A stretch of DNA of 64,000 nucleotides from Batkoa obscura. Lineage: Eukaryota. The notes under the pieces are model-generated. The model had not been told where the DNA came from, ran no database searches, and worked only from the letters and a program-made list of their open reading frames with translations. A program made the position numbers and the translations under genes. Positions 25,035-38,252 of this stretch are shown one piece after another; position 1 is the first letter of the stretch, and every line of letters begins with the position of its first letter. Location: positions 930,001 through 994,000 of the forward strand of contig JASVEC010000003.1 of assembly GCA_030770535.1 (NCBI GenBank). The letters run 5' to 3'.

Positions 25035-25133
25035 AAGGGCGTATTTTTATGTTTTAAAGATTTTATTAATAATTTTTTTGCTTAAATAGTGCTTAAAAGA
25101 TGGAAAAAGTGATAAAGCTAAAAAAACACCTTC
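25035..25133 (+). mobile_element. Degenerate MITE copy
   Basis: AAGGGCGTATTTTT...AAACACCTTC; flanks ATAT/ATGT. Confidence 0.82.
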
Positions 25134-25716
25134 ATGTTTTAATAAAACATAGTCATCTATAAATTGACTTAAACTAGCTTTTTTTATTAATTTATTATAG
25201 TTTTAATAAACTGCTTTTATATTATAAAATTTAAAATATGAAATTAAATTTTTTTAAATTTTTTAGCTTTTTTATTTTAAAATTATATCATTTGTATTTT
25301 TTATTTTGATATATTTTTAATAAATTATAATTTAATATTATTAATATAAGAAAAAAACATTAAAAATAATAGCAATTAAAGTAATAATATGTCAGATTAT
25401 ATTTATTTATAAATAAATTTATATAAAAAAATAAAAGATTAAAAAATTCTTGAAAGAAGAGAAAAGAAAGAAAAAATTTAAAATTTTTTTTAAAAATTAT
25501 ATATTTTTATATATAAAAGATATTTAAATTAGCTTTGTTTTTTTGTTTAATTTTTAAATATCTTGTATCTTAAAAACTTTGCTTAAAATTCTATAAAAAC
25601 AAATTTTATATCAAAAAAGCAAAAATACTCAGCACAGTTTTAAATTATAATAAAATGTCTATCAGCTATTTTTTTTATGATGTTTAGCAAAAGAATTAAG
25701 ACTAGTATTTAAATTA

Positions 25717-26541
25717 TTATAAATTTCATGAATTTTTTTAAATATATAACACAAAACTTTTGAAATTTAAAATAGTTTCTTGTATCTGCTTATATATAAT
25801 TTTTATAAACTTTTTAAATAAAAGCTTTTTCAATATTGAATTAATTGAATAGTTTCTTACATATGCTAACTCATGATTCAATATTTCAGATAAGTAATCA
25901 AAATAAACTTTGCTTATTATTTTATCATTTTTTAAATATAAAACATCAAAACTTTAATACTAATATAGCTTGTTTATTATAATAATCTAAATTTATTAAA
26001 TCTGGTTTTATTTTTATTTCCATATTTAATTTTAATTATTTAACTATTTAATTATGTTTTTTAAGTATTAATAATAAGTTTGTATAATTTATATGACTTT
26101 TCTTTTTAATATTTTTTTTTATCTCTGGTTTATTTTTTATAACTGTATTCATTTTATTTCCAAATAATTTTTTTCTAACTATATACACTGGGGATATATG
26201 GCGATGTATTTTTGTATTCAAGAATTTTACTAACAATTTCTCCACTCAAATAGCGCTTAAAAGATGGAAAAAATAATGAAACCAAAAAAAACATCCTCAT
26301 ATATTGTTTTTTTACTTTTATATAATATATATTACCTGATAAATATTTATTGTCTTTGTTTTTTTTGCTTTATTATAAAATTTCATAAACTCTGAGTTAG
26401 TGAATAGTTGTTAAAATTGATGTAAGCGAATTACAATGTTTATATAATGTGTTTTTCCTTATTATATTAAAATTTTAAAAAATTCCATTTCGAAGTTCAG
26501 TTATAAAAGCTTGCGCATTTTGTTTTTATTTTAATAAAAAA
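25717..26541 (-). repeat. Apparently identical direct duplication of 14026-14850 (part of copy D, includes MITE at 26200-26298)
   Basis: Constant offset of 11691; identical 65-aa ORFs at 14357 and 26048. Confidence 0.9.
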
Positions 26542-27260
26542 TAAAACAACTAAAATAATTTTTTTAAATTTAATTAATAATATTTTAACAAAATATTAAA
26601 TTAAAATTTTAAAATTTGAAATTATCAGTATTCTTGAAATTTTTTTTATGGAATTACATTTATTACTCAAAAATGGCTAATCAGATTAATTTAAAACTTT
26701 GTGTGAAATTATATATATATCCATACATTTAATTTATGCAAAAAAGTTCCACCTTTTACTAATAAAAATTGCCCAATTTCTCGAACTTTTTGACCTCCCT
26801 GTATTGTTAGCATTGTAAACTTCAATCCAAATCATTGACTTTTAAGCAGCAGATTTTAAAAATCAACCAGGCAAATGGCTGGATTTAAAAATTACCACTA
26901 TTGATTTCTGGATTTGAGATGAACCAGCTGTAAAACAAAACATTTGACGATTTTAACAAAGAGATTGCAGCTGTTTCGACTCCTTTGAAATCTAATTAAT
27001 TGCTCATTTTTAAAAAAAAAGTTAAAATTTAGCTGCAATATGCCAATCAGGCTTTAAAAAATTGACTATATAAATAATATAATTATATAAACTACTGCTA
27101 ACAAAAACTGTAAAAAATTGCAACAGAGTGATTATTTTTGTATGTTAATAAACTACTTGGGTTAACTTTTAAGAGAAAAGAAAAACAAAAAGACTTGCTT
27201 CTTACTAATAATAAGATGTTAAATCTTATTCGATTTATTTAAAGCAGAATAGTTAATTAA

Positions 27261-27707
27261 TTATTGTAGATTTGCAGCTACAATACCAGCGACAACCAAC
27301 ATAGCAGAATATCCATTAGCAAACGAATGGCTATTACTAATGTTTGAGATACCACCAGTAGATTTAGACACTGACCCTGATTTAGAGTCTGTTTTAGCTG
27401 CTGACTTGGACAAACTTACCCCTCCAGTTTGAGACTCATCTCCATTAGCTGGCATACTATCAGTTCCATTCATTGTTTTATTTGCACTTCCAGCCATTGT
27501 ACTATTTCCATTGGTTCCCATTGACATAGTCTGGTTGTTATTTGCACCCATTTTCATGGTGTCATTTCCACTACCCATTGCCATATTGGCACTTCCAGAA
27601 TCATCGGTTGGTAAAGGACTAGCTTTAGCGTTGGTAGATAGAGAAACGGATTTTGATTGGGCAGCTACGGAGGCAATGATTAAGTAAGTTAAAGTAAGAA
27701 ACTTCAT
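27261..27707 (-). CDS. Secreted Ser/Thr/Met/Asn-rich, probably GPI-anchored cell-surface protein (148 aa)
   Basis: Signal peptide MKFLTLTYLIIASVAA, low-complexity core, hydrophobic C-tail SAMLVVAGIVAANLQ. Confidence 0.85.
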   Translation of the reverse strand: MKFLTLTYLIIASVAAQSKSVSLSTNAKASPLPTDDSGSANMAMGSGNDTMKMGANNNQTMSMGTNGNSTMAGSANKTMNGTDSMPANGDESQTGGVSLSKSAAKTDSKSGSVSKSTGGISNISNSHSFANGYSAMLVVAGIVAANLQ

Positions 27708-29751
27708 TTTTTTAAGATTATAAATTATAATTTTCGATAGTCATAAAGTGATCGTTTTTTTATTCATTTATATACTTTTCACTTCTCCTTTTATATGACT
27801 TAATGCCTCTGATTTTTCTTGGCTTATTGATCGAGGGGTTCAGCTTGAATTAGCTTGTATTTAATAACTAATCATTAATATAATAGTGGATAAAACATAA
27901 CTATAACAATTAGCTAATAAATATCCAACGACCCTAACTTTATGTACTTAATCATAGTCAGAAATCTTCTCCATTTCTCAACTGTGGGGTTAAAATTGTT
28001 GGTATCTTATTTAATAAATTAAATCATTTTTCAATCCTTTTGGTTTATTTTATTTCAACTTTGACACAATTCATTAATAATGAGTGGGGAAGATATAAAT
28101 TGGTTTTTTTAAAACTTAAATAGAAAGCTTTTAATTTAGCTACAGAGGTTTAAAGGGAGTAAGGTTAACTCCTTTTAGATAATGTCTTATAGCTTTTGAT
28201 AGTAGGATTAGAATGTTTAGTAAGTTTTTAGGAGCCTTAAGTCCATTTAATGATCCTTCAAATTAAAAATCAGAAGAGAGTGAGTTTGCTTTAAGATCTT
28301 TATCTGATGCCCATTGTAGAAATAGTAAATAATTGATATTGAAACGCAGTAAATTGATAGTGAAATAAGGCGTAAATTTGAAAGTTGTATTAACTATACT
28401 TTATCATTGTTAACTCATTAAAGTAAGATGATACTTCCTTGGTTTAAGATTTAATTATATACTTATGGTAAAAAATAAGACTTTGATATTTTAATTCTGA
28501 TATGAGAGTAAAACAATTTTGCTATTAACTAAGTGGATATGGAAGAGCTTAAATTTACTAAATAAAATCTGTTTTATTAGGTTTTTGAAAAGCAGTAATC
28601 AACAGCTCTTTTATAAGCGTTGATAAAGATTGAAAAACGGTCAAATATATTTATTAAAAAAGCTTCAATTTTGTATAATTGGCTGATTTTTATAATGTGA
28701 TGGATTTCAGTCAAATTATATTTATTTCTTGCAACTTAAAATTATTTTTATCAATTTCATTTGGTAAAATATTCTTGTTCTACAAAAATTTTGAAGCAAG
28801 AAATTATTTTTTGCAATTTCAATCCTAAAATCTATGATCTCATAATTGTAAACTAGATGTTAAAATTTTTTCCTAACTGCAGTTATTATATAATCTCATT
28901 TAGTTTAATTTTTTTTCAAGCACTGCAATTTTACTAATTTAATTGTTATTAGATTATATTAGACTATTAATATCTGACTAAATAATAAAACAACTATATG
29001 AATAGGTTTTATTTTGTTAAAGAATAAATGATTTTAATATCAAACATAAGTTAAAATACATTAGATCTTTTTAAACATTATAATAAAAATCGTTTAAAAA
29101 GTTATAATATTTATATCATTTTAATGTTTCTTTATTTTTAATATCTTATATTGTAATAATTTTGCTAATAAAACTACTAAAATAAAAAAGCATTATAATT
29201 TATTTTAAAATTAATAAATTTTATGAAATTTTAGCTGTGGGGCCCCTCAAAAAAAACCTAGCTTAGTGAAATTGCAGAAAATAATTGAATCTCTCTTAAA
29301 TAAAATGGCTTAAAATTGAGATTCAGATCAGTTGAAATCACAAAACAATTGACTTTCAGCTCGAACTTTTTAAGCTGAAATCTTTGATGTCAAAAGCCAA
29401 AATGAACACCAAAAAACAATTTCAAGCTACAAGAAATAAATATAATTTGTCTGAAATCCGTTATAGTATTGTATATAAAAATTTATCTAATATTGTTACA
29501 AAAAAAAGATAAGAGTGGATTTATACTTTTAACTGACTTGGGATATTAAATACATAATAATTTTTAGAGGCTCGTTTGGTGCTATTATAAAGCAATCATG
29601 AGGAGAAATCAGAGTAACTCAAACTGAGACTACTTATAAAAAAATTAATAACATATTAAGATTTTTAAATATAAAACTACACAAGGTTTAGTAATAATAA
29701 AGGTTTAAAAAATCAAGTCTATTTTTAAACCATTAAAAGATCTGGTGATCT

Positions 29752-30727
29752 TTATTTGATACTTAATAATAATAGAAAAATAGGAGATAAGTTTAAGAGA
29801 GGTATAATAACTCCGTTTGAGGTACTGCTTGCTTTTTTTCCACTGCTTTTTGATTCGGATGAACTAAAATTATTAATATCACAAACAAAACAAAATGATG
29901 ATTACCTTTTAGTTGTAGATTCTTTTCTTGAACGCATTTTTGAATCGCCAGAGGTTAAGGAGTTTTTATTTGTTTTATGTTGACTGGTCTGTACATAAGA
30001 AGATACACTCATGGATACTCGATTGACTTTATCGCTAGCTAAGCTAACCATTGTAGTCTGTACTATTTTACCAACATTAATAGTATTTGATGCAGTTGGT
30101 TTTGAAATTAATTGTTGATCCGTATTTACTACTAAAATCTTATTAGCTGTACTTGTTGGTTGTGGAGGGAGATAAGAAAAGGGTTGAGCATTGTTTAAAA
30201 CAGGTGAGTTTAAATTTTCGTTTAGATTCCCTTTAGTGTTTAGGTATTCATTTAATGGATGATATTTATTAGGTCCTTATAAATTATTATGCTTATTATA
30301 ATTATTATAATTGTTATAAAAGAAAAAATGTTACCGACTGCTGCTTCTGACAATTTGTTACTTTGAGCTAAAAATATTAATTGAGATAAAGTTGATAAGT
30401 TTAAAGTTACCTAGTTTAAAATCATTTAGTAATTTCAATACCTCTAGATTCAATCTTGCGTTAGAGACTAGAAGGTTACAACAAGTTGATTTTAAATATT
30501 ATTATTTTAGTACCTTCATTATATAACATTGATGGAAATGATTTATCACCAAGTAAATTTGGATCATTCTTGATAGTATAATCCCCTATTCGATGTTAAT
30601 ATTTAATTTCATTAGACTTGCAATCTTAATAACCTTTAGCGTAATCAGGTTTATTCAACAATAAAGGATCGTTAATAGCACACTTTATATATAATAAAAA
30701 GGCTGAAAAAATAATTAAAGAAATCAT
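29752..30727 (-). CDS. Six-exon secreted, probably GPI-anchored Ser/Thr-rich protein, missed by the ORF track
   Basis: MISLIIFSAFLLYIKCAINDP...; five short GT-AG introns; long exon GPNKYHPLNEY...; ends SSTSNGVIIPLLNLSPIFLLLLSIK*. Confidence 0.7.
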
Positions 30728-30941
30728 AGTTGTTTATTTGCAGCGAAGAAAATAGTTGCTTATATAGTTGTATTTGACTTAAATAAGTTTATATTAAATA
30801 CAACCATGTCATTTATTTTAATTAAAAAATCAATTAAAATAAGTGATAAAAAATTAAGTGACAATTTAAAATAAAAATAAAATAATCAATAAAGTTAAAT
30901 CTAAAATTAATATAAATTTAAAATTAGGCTCACTACTTTAA

Positions 30942-31166
30942 TTATGGATGAAGCTTAGAAAATTCCTCAGAGTCAATAACTCTTATTTTTTGAGCCGAGG
31001 TTCCTTCATTCTTATCTTTATCTTCAGTGGCAGCTTCAACCTCATCCTTTATATTGCCCCAATTATGCCCACCGGCTCCTCCTTTTTTTGGCAACCCTCG
31101 ATTATCTTCAAGTCCCTTAGCAGATACATGCCTTTGTTCAGTTAGTTTATCTCCTTTACCATTCAT
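30942..31166 (-). CDS. Small hydrophilic STF2/TMA10- or HABP4-like protein (74 aa)
   Basis: GLPKKGGAGGHNWG motif; GT-AG intron in the 5' UTR at ~31181-31234. Confidence 0.78.
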   Translation of the reverse strand: MNGKGDKLTEQRHVSAKGLEDNRGLPKKGGAGGHNWGNIKDEVEAATEDKDKNEGTSAQKIRVIDSEEFSKLHP

Positions 31167-31865
31167 GTTTAAATAAAAGTCTATAAATCAATTAATATTA
31201 ATTTATTTTAATTGATAAAGCTTATTATATTTACCTTGATTTATGATCAGCTTCAATAATAAAAATAAATAAAAATTTAATCAAAATAATTGTTTTGACT
31301 TTTTATACCTTTAAAAATGACGAATAAAACAATTTGGGTGTGACTGCTTCATGATTTAGCGTATTATCCAATCATGGTTTCATTTTACCACATTCTATTA
31401 GTGATTGGCTTTATGATTTTAAATAAGCATTTTAACAAATATTCTACTCAATCCCCATTTAATTTTATTACTAAAAATGGAATATCATTTTGCTTATTTT
31501 AATTTTTAGTAAACATTGTATAGTCATCATTATCATTTTCGATATTATCACATTATTTGTAATATTAATATAGCTTCTAATATAAACAAAATTCATAATT
31601 TATATCAAACAATCATAATAATTTAAAATTGTGATAAAAATAAATTTATACTGTATAATTAAAAAATACTAAACAAGTATTTTTTTAAACAAACATTAAT
31701 AATATTAAATAATATTAAATAATATTAATGATTAACATGATTATATTAAACTTGTACTGTTACAATTGTTCATTTCAATCAGATTAAAGTAATTTAAAAT
31801 AAAAAAGACTTTGTGCTTACCTTTTTTAATATGTATATATAATCTTACTATGTATGGCTGTATAT

Positions 31866-31942
31866 GGGGATGTATTTTTTTGTTTAAGAATTTTACTAAC
31901 AATCTTTCCGCTGAAACAGCGCTTAAAAATGGAAAAAAAAAA
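31866..31942 (+). mobile_element. Truncated MITE just downstream of FOL1
   Basis: GGGGATGTATTTTTTTGTTTAAG...ATGGAAAAA, then sequence is lost. Confidence 0.88.
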
Positions 31943-32007
31943 CAAGCTGTACTATATAAAATAAGTCAAGGCTGTATATTTTATATCAATTGTTTAAATG
32001 AAAAAAT

Positions 32008-34322
32008 CTATTGTTTACTATCCTTAACCCTATATAATGCATCAGATACAACAATAACATCTTTAAGCTCTTTCACTTCATGTATACGGAGTATATCAGC
32101 GCCACCAGCAATCGCAGCTGTACAAGTAGCGGCAGTCCCCCAATCCCTTTCCTTAGGATTTTCTCTACCGGTGATGCTACCAATGAATCTTTTTCTAGAA
32201 GCACCAAATAAGCATGGGAAGGAGCCACACTTTCCGATTTGAGGAAGAGATCTTATTAGCTCTAGGTTTTGTTCAGTGTTCTTAGCAAATCCAATCCCTG
32301 GGTCAACAATGATGTTCCAACGGTAAACCCCAGAGGATATAGCCCTACCAATAAATTTGGAAAGCTCAAGTTGTACATATCTCATTACTTGTCCCTCTTC
32401 CCCAGACCCGTACTGAGTTAATGAATTCATGGTTTTACTATCTCCTCTCATATGCATTAAGCATATCGGTACATTACAACGTGCCATAACCTCAAACATT
32501 TTAGGGTCTCGACCACCACCAGATACATCATTGATAAGGTTCGCACCTGCCTTTATAGCTTCTTCAGCAACTTTCGAATGGAAAGTATCAACAGAAATAA
32601 TACATTTCAGCCCTTCTTCCCTCAACTTACTAACCACTGGAACAACTCTAGCTATCTCTTCTTCTACGCTGACTGGATCAGCATCTGGACGCGTAGAAGC
32701 CCCTCCAATATCTAGAATATCCGCACCATCATTAATTAATTTTTTGGCTTGTATAACAGCTGAGCTTAAGTCTAAATAATCCCCACCATCACTGAAGGAA
32801 TCATGAGTTATGTTCAAAATTCCCATAATATATGTTTTTGACCCCCAATACCAGTACTCTTGATTTTTAAGTGGTAAAACTTTAACCACTTCACTATGTC
32901 CTTGATCATAAGTGAGACGGAAAAGTAACTGCTTAACTGTATTATGTAATTTTGGATGCTCCCAATCTGGGGATATATCATTCAATGGTTGAAGTACAAA
33001 CTCTCTTTCGGCAATACGTGGGTGTGGTAAAGTCAATACCTCAGTGTCCATTTCCACATTATCATAATATAAGATATCTAAGTCAACCAATCTTGGTCCG
33101 TTTCTTATGGTTGGGGTTCTACCTAATTCTTGCTCTATTTTTTTTAATGTTTTTAATAAATCTAATGGGCTTAACGTGGTCCTAATCTAAAAATTTACTT
33201 TAATAAAAAAATTCAAAGTTTATTTGCTATTTGTTAAATTACCTTACAAGCACCATTAAGGAATTTTGGTTGATCTAAAACATACATAGGTGCGGTTTCA
33301 TACAAAAAGGAAGTATCTAAAAGCTCACATCCAGCCTCTTTTAAAGACTTGATACCATCAACAATATTTTTATATCTATCTCCTAAATTGGATCCAAAAG
33401 CTATTAATGCAACGGAACTAGTTTTAGTCCCATCATCTAAAGCTTTGCTAGTTACATCATTTTCATTCAAAATGGTTTCATCTTTTAGTAAATCTTGTTC
33501 AAAAAAGGATGCATCTCTAGTTATCTCCGCGGCTGCAGCAGCTGCAAACCTTAATGCTGAAGGCTTTTCTACACGTACCGTAACTTTTGGATAATTACAG
33601 TTAACTATAGTAATTCTAGCGATGGAAGTTGCTAACGCTTCCACCGTTTTAAATTTTGATTCCTCAATCATCTTTGATAAGGTAGCTACTAAAGTACGAT
33701 AATTATGAGGTTTTCTTAATCTATTACCTAGAATTTGAGCACCTGGGTATAAGTTCAAATGGATAAGTACTACTTGCTTAGCCTCTCTTTCCCAAGAGTG
33801 TACACCAATAATAGTATTCAATCGAAGACTGTTAATGAAAAGTCGATCATCTTTGAAATCTCTGTTTAAATCTGAATCCATGTTTACATTATCTACAGTT
33901 CTAGTGATTTCATATCCTGAGTTTTCGGCGTGTAAAAGACCCTTTGGTTTTTGAACTGAAATGGTAACTTTTGAGCCTTGAAACTTGGTAAGCAAACGAT
34001 AGCATATCTTTTGAGCAAGGTCCTTAAAACTATCATGGGTTGAATTTTCACTTACGTCTAAAGCTTCCGAAGCTAAATCAGAATAGCTTAAAGAATGGGC
34101 TAATATATCAGACTCTCCGCAAGCTTCAATATTGGTATAGAAAATAATATCAAGTATAATGGGTTGCAACTTTGGACGATCCCAATGATCTCCGCCTACT
34201 ACTGACCTTCCATTTAAGCCTCGTACAATTAATTTATCTCTGTAAATTTCACTCTTTTCGATTATTTCTTTAACTATTACCTCGCTAGCTCCCATATTAA
34301 AAATTGATTGATTGATTTTCAT
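32008..34322 (-). CDS. FOL1: Trifunctional folate synthesis protein (DHNA-DHNA-HPPK-DHPS)
   Basis: Two aldolase repeats (IIGVHSWERE), HPPK (FGSNLGDR, PHPRIAEREFVL), DHPS (MGILNITHDSFSDGG, DPGIGFAK, SRKRF); one intron ~33187-33242; start may be 34295. Confidence 0.96.
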
Positions 34323-35458
34323 GAGTCATTTTTTAATTTAAACTTTAGTAAAGTAAATTTAATACTCGAATAACAAATTAAAAGCTGGAAATTTATTTAA
34401 TCATAATACAAATAGTTGACTATAAAAAATAAAATATTATAATGTATTTAAAATTACATTAAAAAGGATTTGATTCTATTATACAAGTTTAATTAACTTT
34501 TTCAAAATCTATTAAAGAAATCAAATCCAATATTAGCTTATTTATTAATATTAATACTATCAAATGAGTTATAAATATTTACAAATGATTTAATATTACA
34601 ATTTGACACTATTAACTAAACTTGATTAACTTATACCTGCTAAAGTTTAACTGTCTAATAGGTAGCGGTAATTTTTATAATCAATAATTGTTTATTATCA
34701 TAATTTACAGCTCAATTTTTAGTTTTATCTTTAGAATGGGCAGTTAATCACTCCACAATTGGAATTTAACAGTCATAACTCACTTTCAATAATTCAGTGA
34801 ACTTTAAATTTTACATCAATTCTAGAACATTAACCAATACCAAAATATTTACTGATCTTTAATATTTATATGCGGAAAAATTTATTTAATCTAGAAAATT
34901 TAAAATTATGTTGAAATAGTTAACTTTTGGTTAACAGATTGAATATAATGGCTTAAGAATAAAAGGAAAATTAAGGAGCAAACTTGGATCTTTAAAATAT
35001 ATTCAACCAATTATTAATCTCCATTTAAAATATTAATATTTTAGCAATTTTGGTGTAAGAATAAGTAATCTCTAAACCATGAATGATTTATATTTTAATC
35101 ATTAACTTGAAATGTTCCATAAACTGGTTGCATTTAGATGTATTTGCTTTTTTTAAGTTTAGTATAAAGGTTTTTTAAAAAGAATTTATAGGTTGATACG
35201 CTACTAAGCCCTTTAACTTCAATATAAAAGAAATCAATAGCAAATTAAAAAATAGTGAAGGCATCTAAATGCAATCAATTCTAAGATGGCGGAATTTGTT
35301 AATATTGAAATAAAAATAAGGATATTTAATATAAGATACATTTATTAATAAGGATATAAATTAATCAAATATATTTATTAGTAATAATAGAACACTTTAA
35401 ATAGTAATAGAATATATGGTGCTGGCTGGTTAGTAGAATTAATGTACCATTCATTAAA

Positions 35459-36805
35459 TCAATGATTAATTTCTTGAGTATATTTTTCAAAATAACGATT
35501 GAGGAAGTTAAGGCGTTGAGTTCCATACGCCATATAATTAAAATCAATAGTTGAAGTACCTGCTTGGATAATGCCCCAGAATCCCCATTTGAGATGAGAA
35601 AGTAAAGAGAAGCATTCGACCTCTTTTTGAAATTCATGAAGTTCTTCCGTAGTAAAGGAGCCTCTTTGTGATTCAAGATAAGCTTTTAAAAAGTTCAACT
35701 GTTCCGATTTACTTGGGTAATCATTTTCATTAAGGTAATGTGGTCTATCACTATGGTAATTGGCCATCCATTCACAAAAATGATTAGCAATATCAAAAGC
35801 TGGATAACTATACCCTGCGTATTCAAAATCAACAACTACCAATTCTCCATTTGATTTAAGTCGAAGAATGTTACCATATTGTGCCTAAAAAATAATTAAT
35901 AAGTAAATAACAAAACTTAATATAAACACTTACATCGTTGTGACAAAACATTAAATTACTATTCATCTTTTTTATAATTTCTTGCAATTGATTAAGTTTA
36001 CTTTTAATATCTTCAAAGTCAATTTGATAACATTCTTTGTCCATTAAATGTTGTAAACGTTGATAATCTTTTTCTGCAATTGGGAGCCATTTATAAATAT
36101 TCTTCCATATTTCTGCAATTGTTCCTTTTGGAGGAGGATATCTTAATGCAATATTATGAAGGTCACTCATTCTTTTAGCAATGTGAATAGAAACATTTGG
36201 ATCAATAATATCGTAATGAGTAAGAGTATCAGAATCAAGGTATTCTTCTAATCTTCCATTATGGAAAGTTCCTAGTAATCTTGGACCTACTTTACAGATA
36301 GACAATTTTGATAGCCATATAATTTCTTTTTCCCTCTCGATGAATGTTTCTACCCCAACACCATAAATTCTTAAAAGTACTTTATTAGGTCCTTTATAAA
36401 TCATTGGGTTGGTGTTTTCAACAACGTAAATACAATTGGTCATTGCACCGCTAAGGTGAATAAGTTTAATATGATCGACTTTTGATTCTTTCCAAGAAGG
36501 TATTTGTTGACGAACCAATTCAAATACTTTTGATCTTAAAGCATCTTCATTATAATTATCCCTAAAATTCAATTAGAATATTATTATACTATATTCTATT
36601 ATAATACCTTAAGTTAATCTCAAAAGAGTCATCATTAGGAATAGTTGGTACTTTTTTTGGCCTTAATCTAGGTGAAGCCAAAGGCGATCCACATTCTGAA
36701 ACGGGTCGGCTTGAAAACTCAGTAAGGGTAGAAGCTAAATAGATTAATATTATATTCGATAGTTTAATATCAAGTATTACTTTGATCAAAGTTGGCTGGG
36801 GACAT
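35459..36805 (-). CDS. Choline/ethanolamine kinase
   Basis: LSGAMTN, LLRIYG, Brenner motif CHND, DFEYAG, FDIANHFCEW; four exons starting MSPANFDQ. Confidence 0.92.
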
Positions 36806-37611
36806 CTTTTGTGAATAGTTACTTCTAATACGTTTTAAAAAATTTAAATTAAATCTTAATTTCATAATAAAAAGAAATTTTTTTAGGTGATAGTTCTTCT
36901 TTTATATTAGTTCTTGGTATCTCTGTCTATTTATATATTTGGTACTTCTCCGCAAATTTTAGTTACCCAAATTGTACTCGACTTTTACTAGGTTCATCCC
37001 AAGTTTAGACTTTACCCAATAAAAGCTGTCCTAATGATTGGATAATTAATTATTTCCTATCTTTATCATTGGTTTCACTATTTTGCACTCTTTATTGGTT
37101 AACAATCAGCTAATGATTGAATCATTACATCATAATTTGCTCAGATTAGCGCATCTAGTGCGAAATTTAGACTGATCTACTCAGCTTTTAGCAAAAAAGA
37201 AACTTTGGGGTTTGGTCTTTACTATTACTTTCACATGATATTAAAAAAGCTTACATTATACAATAATGATGACAATTTAATTTTTATTATCAATAAGCTT
37301 CAGTATAGATAAATTACTGGTCTTTATGTGCTTTGATTCAACTTTGATATTCTGCTTTCAGCTGACACTTTAAATTTATTTAATGTTGAACTTTAAGACA
37401 ACTATTTGTTTAAAGAAAGTTGAAGCTTAAAATTCATTTTACAAAGATAATTTTGCATTTATATAACTAATAATGTAAATCTCAATCAAGTTGAGATTAT
37501 AACGAAATGGTGAGATATTTAATTATTCTTGCATAAAATATAATAACTAAATAACAAGAATATTTATTTTAACTTGAAATATTTTTAATTTAAATTTTAC
37601 AAAACCTTACT

Positions 37612-37703
37612 GGGGCTGTTTTTTTAGTTTCATCACTTTTTCCACTTTTTAAGTGTTGTTTGAGCGGAAAGATGTTAGTAAATTCTTAAAAAAAATACAT
37701 CCC
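37612..37703 (-). mobile_element. MITE copy
   Basis: TACT flanks. Confidence 0.85.
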
Positions 37704-38154
37704 TACTATTATAGCCTGCTATGATCAGATTTAATTATAGTTTTGATAGTAGTTAATAAAAAATATTTGAAATATAATTTTTTATTTTTATTTTTATTTA
37801 AAAACTATATTTTTTATTATAATTATCCCTTAGTTTATTATTTTAAATAAAAAATAGCAAAAATCAAATTTATATTAAATAAATTAAGTTTTATAGAAAG
37901 CTCTATTATAATAAGCTTAATTGCTAAAATGATTTTATAAAAAAACTAGCTCAAAAAATATAAAAAAATTGTTAATTATAATAATAATATTTTATATTCT
38001 TATTAAATAATATATTTTTAATTAATTTATATATTTTAAATAAAAATAAAAATACAATTTTAATTTTGAAAATAAACAAAGTAAAAAAATAAAGCTATTT
38101 AAATTTAAAAAAAACTTTAAAAAAACTTTTAATGATTAAATAAAAAAGTTATTT

Positions 38155-38252
38155 GGGGATGTTTTTTTTGATTTCATTGCTTTTTCTATTTTTTAAGCGC
38201 TATTTGAGTGGAAAGATTGTTAGTAAAATTCTAAACAAAAAAATACATCCCC
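38155..38252 (-). mobile_element. MITE copy
   Basis: Perfect ATTT TSD. Confidence 0.92.

Noticed and set aside
32429..33594. Antisense or alternate-frame ORFs overlapping real genes (also 5353, 5384, 29756, 30948, 35365, 41945, 42794, 44124, 44334, 46760, 50973, 53205, 53477, 54292, 57458, 57804, 58059, 62649, 63046)
   Set aside because: Shadows of well-supported coding sequences, with no independent motifs.
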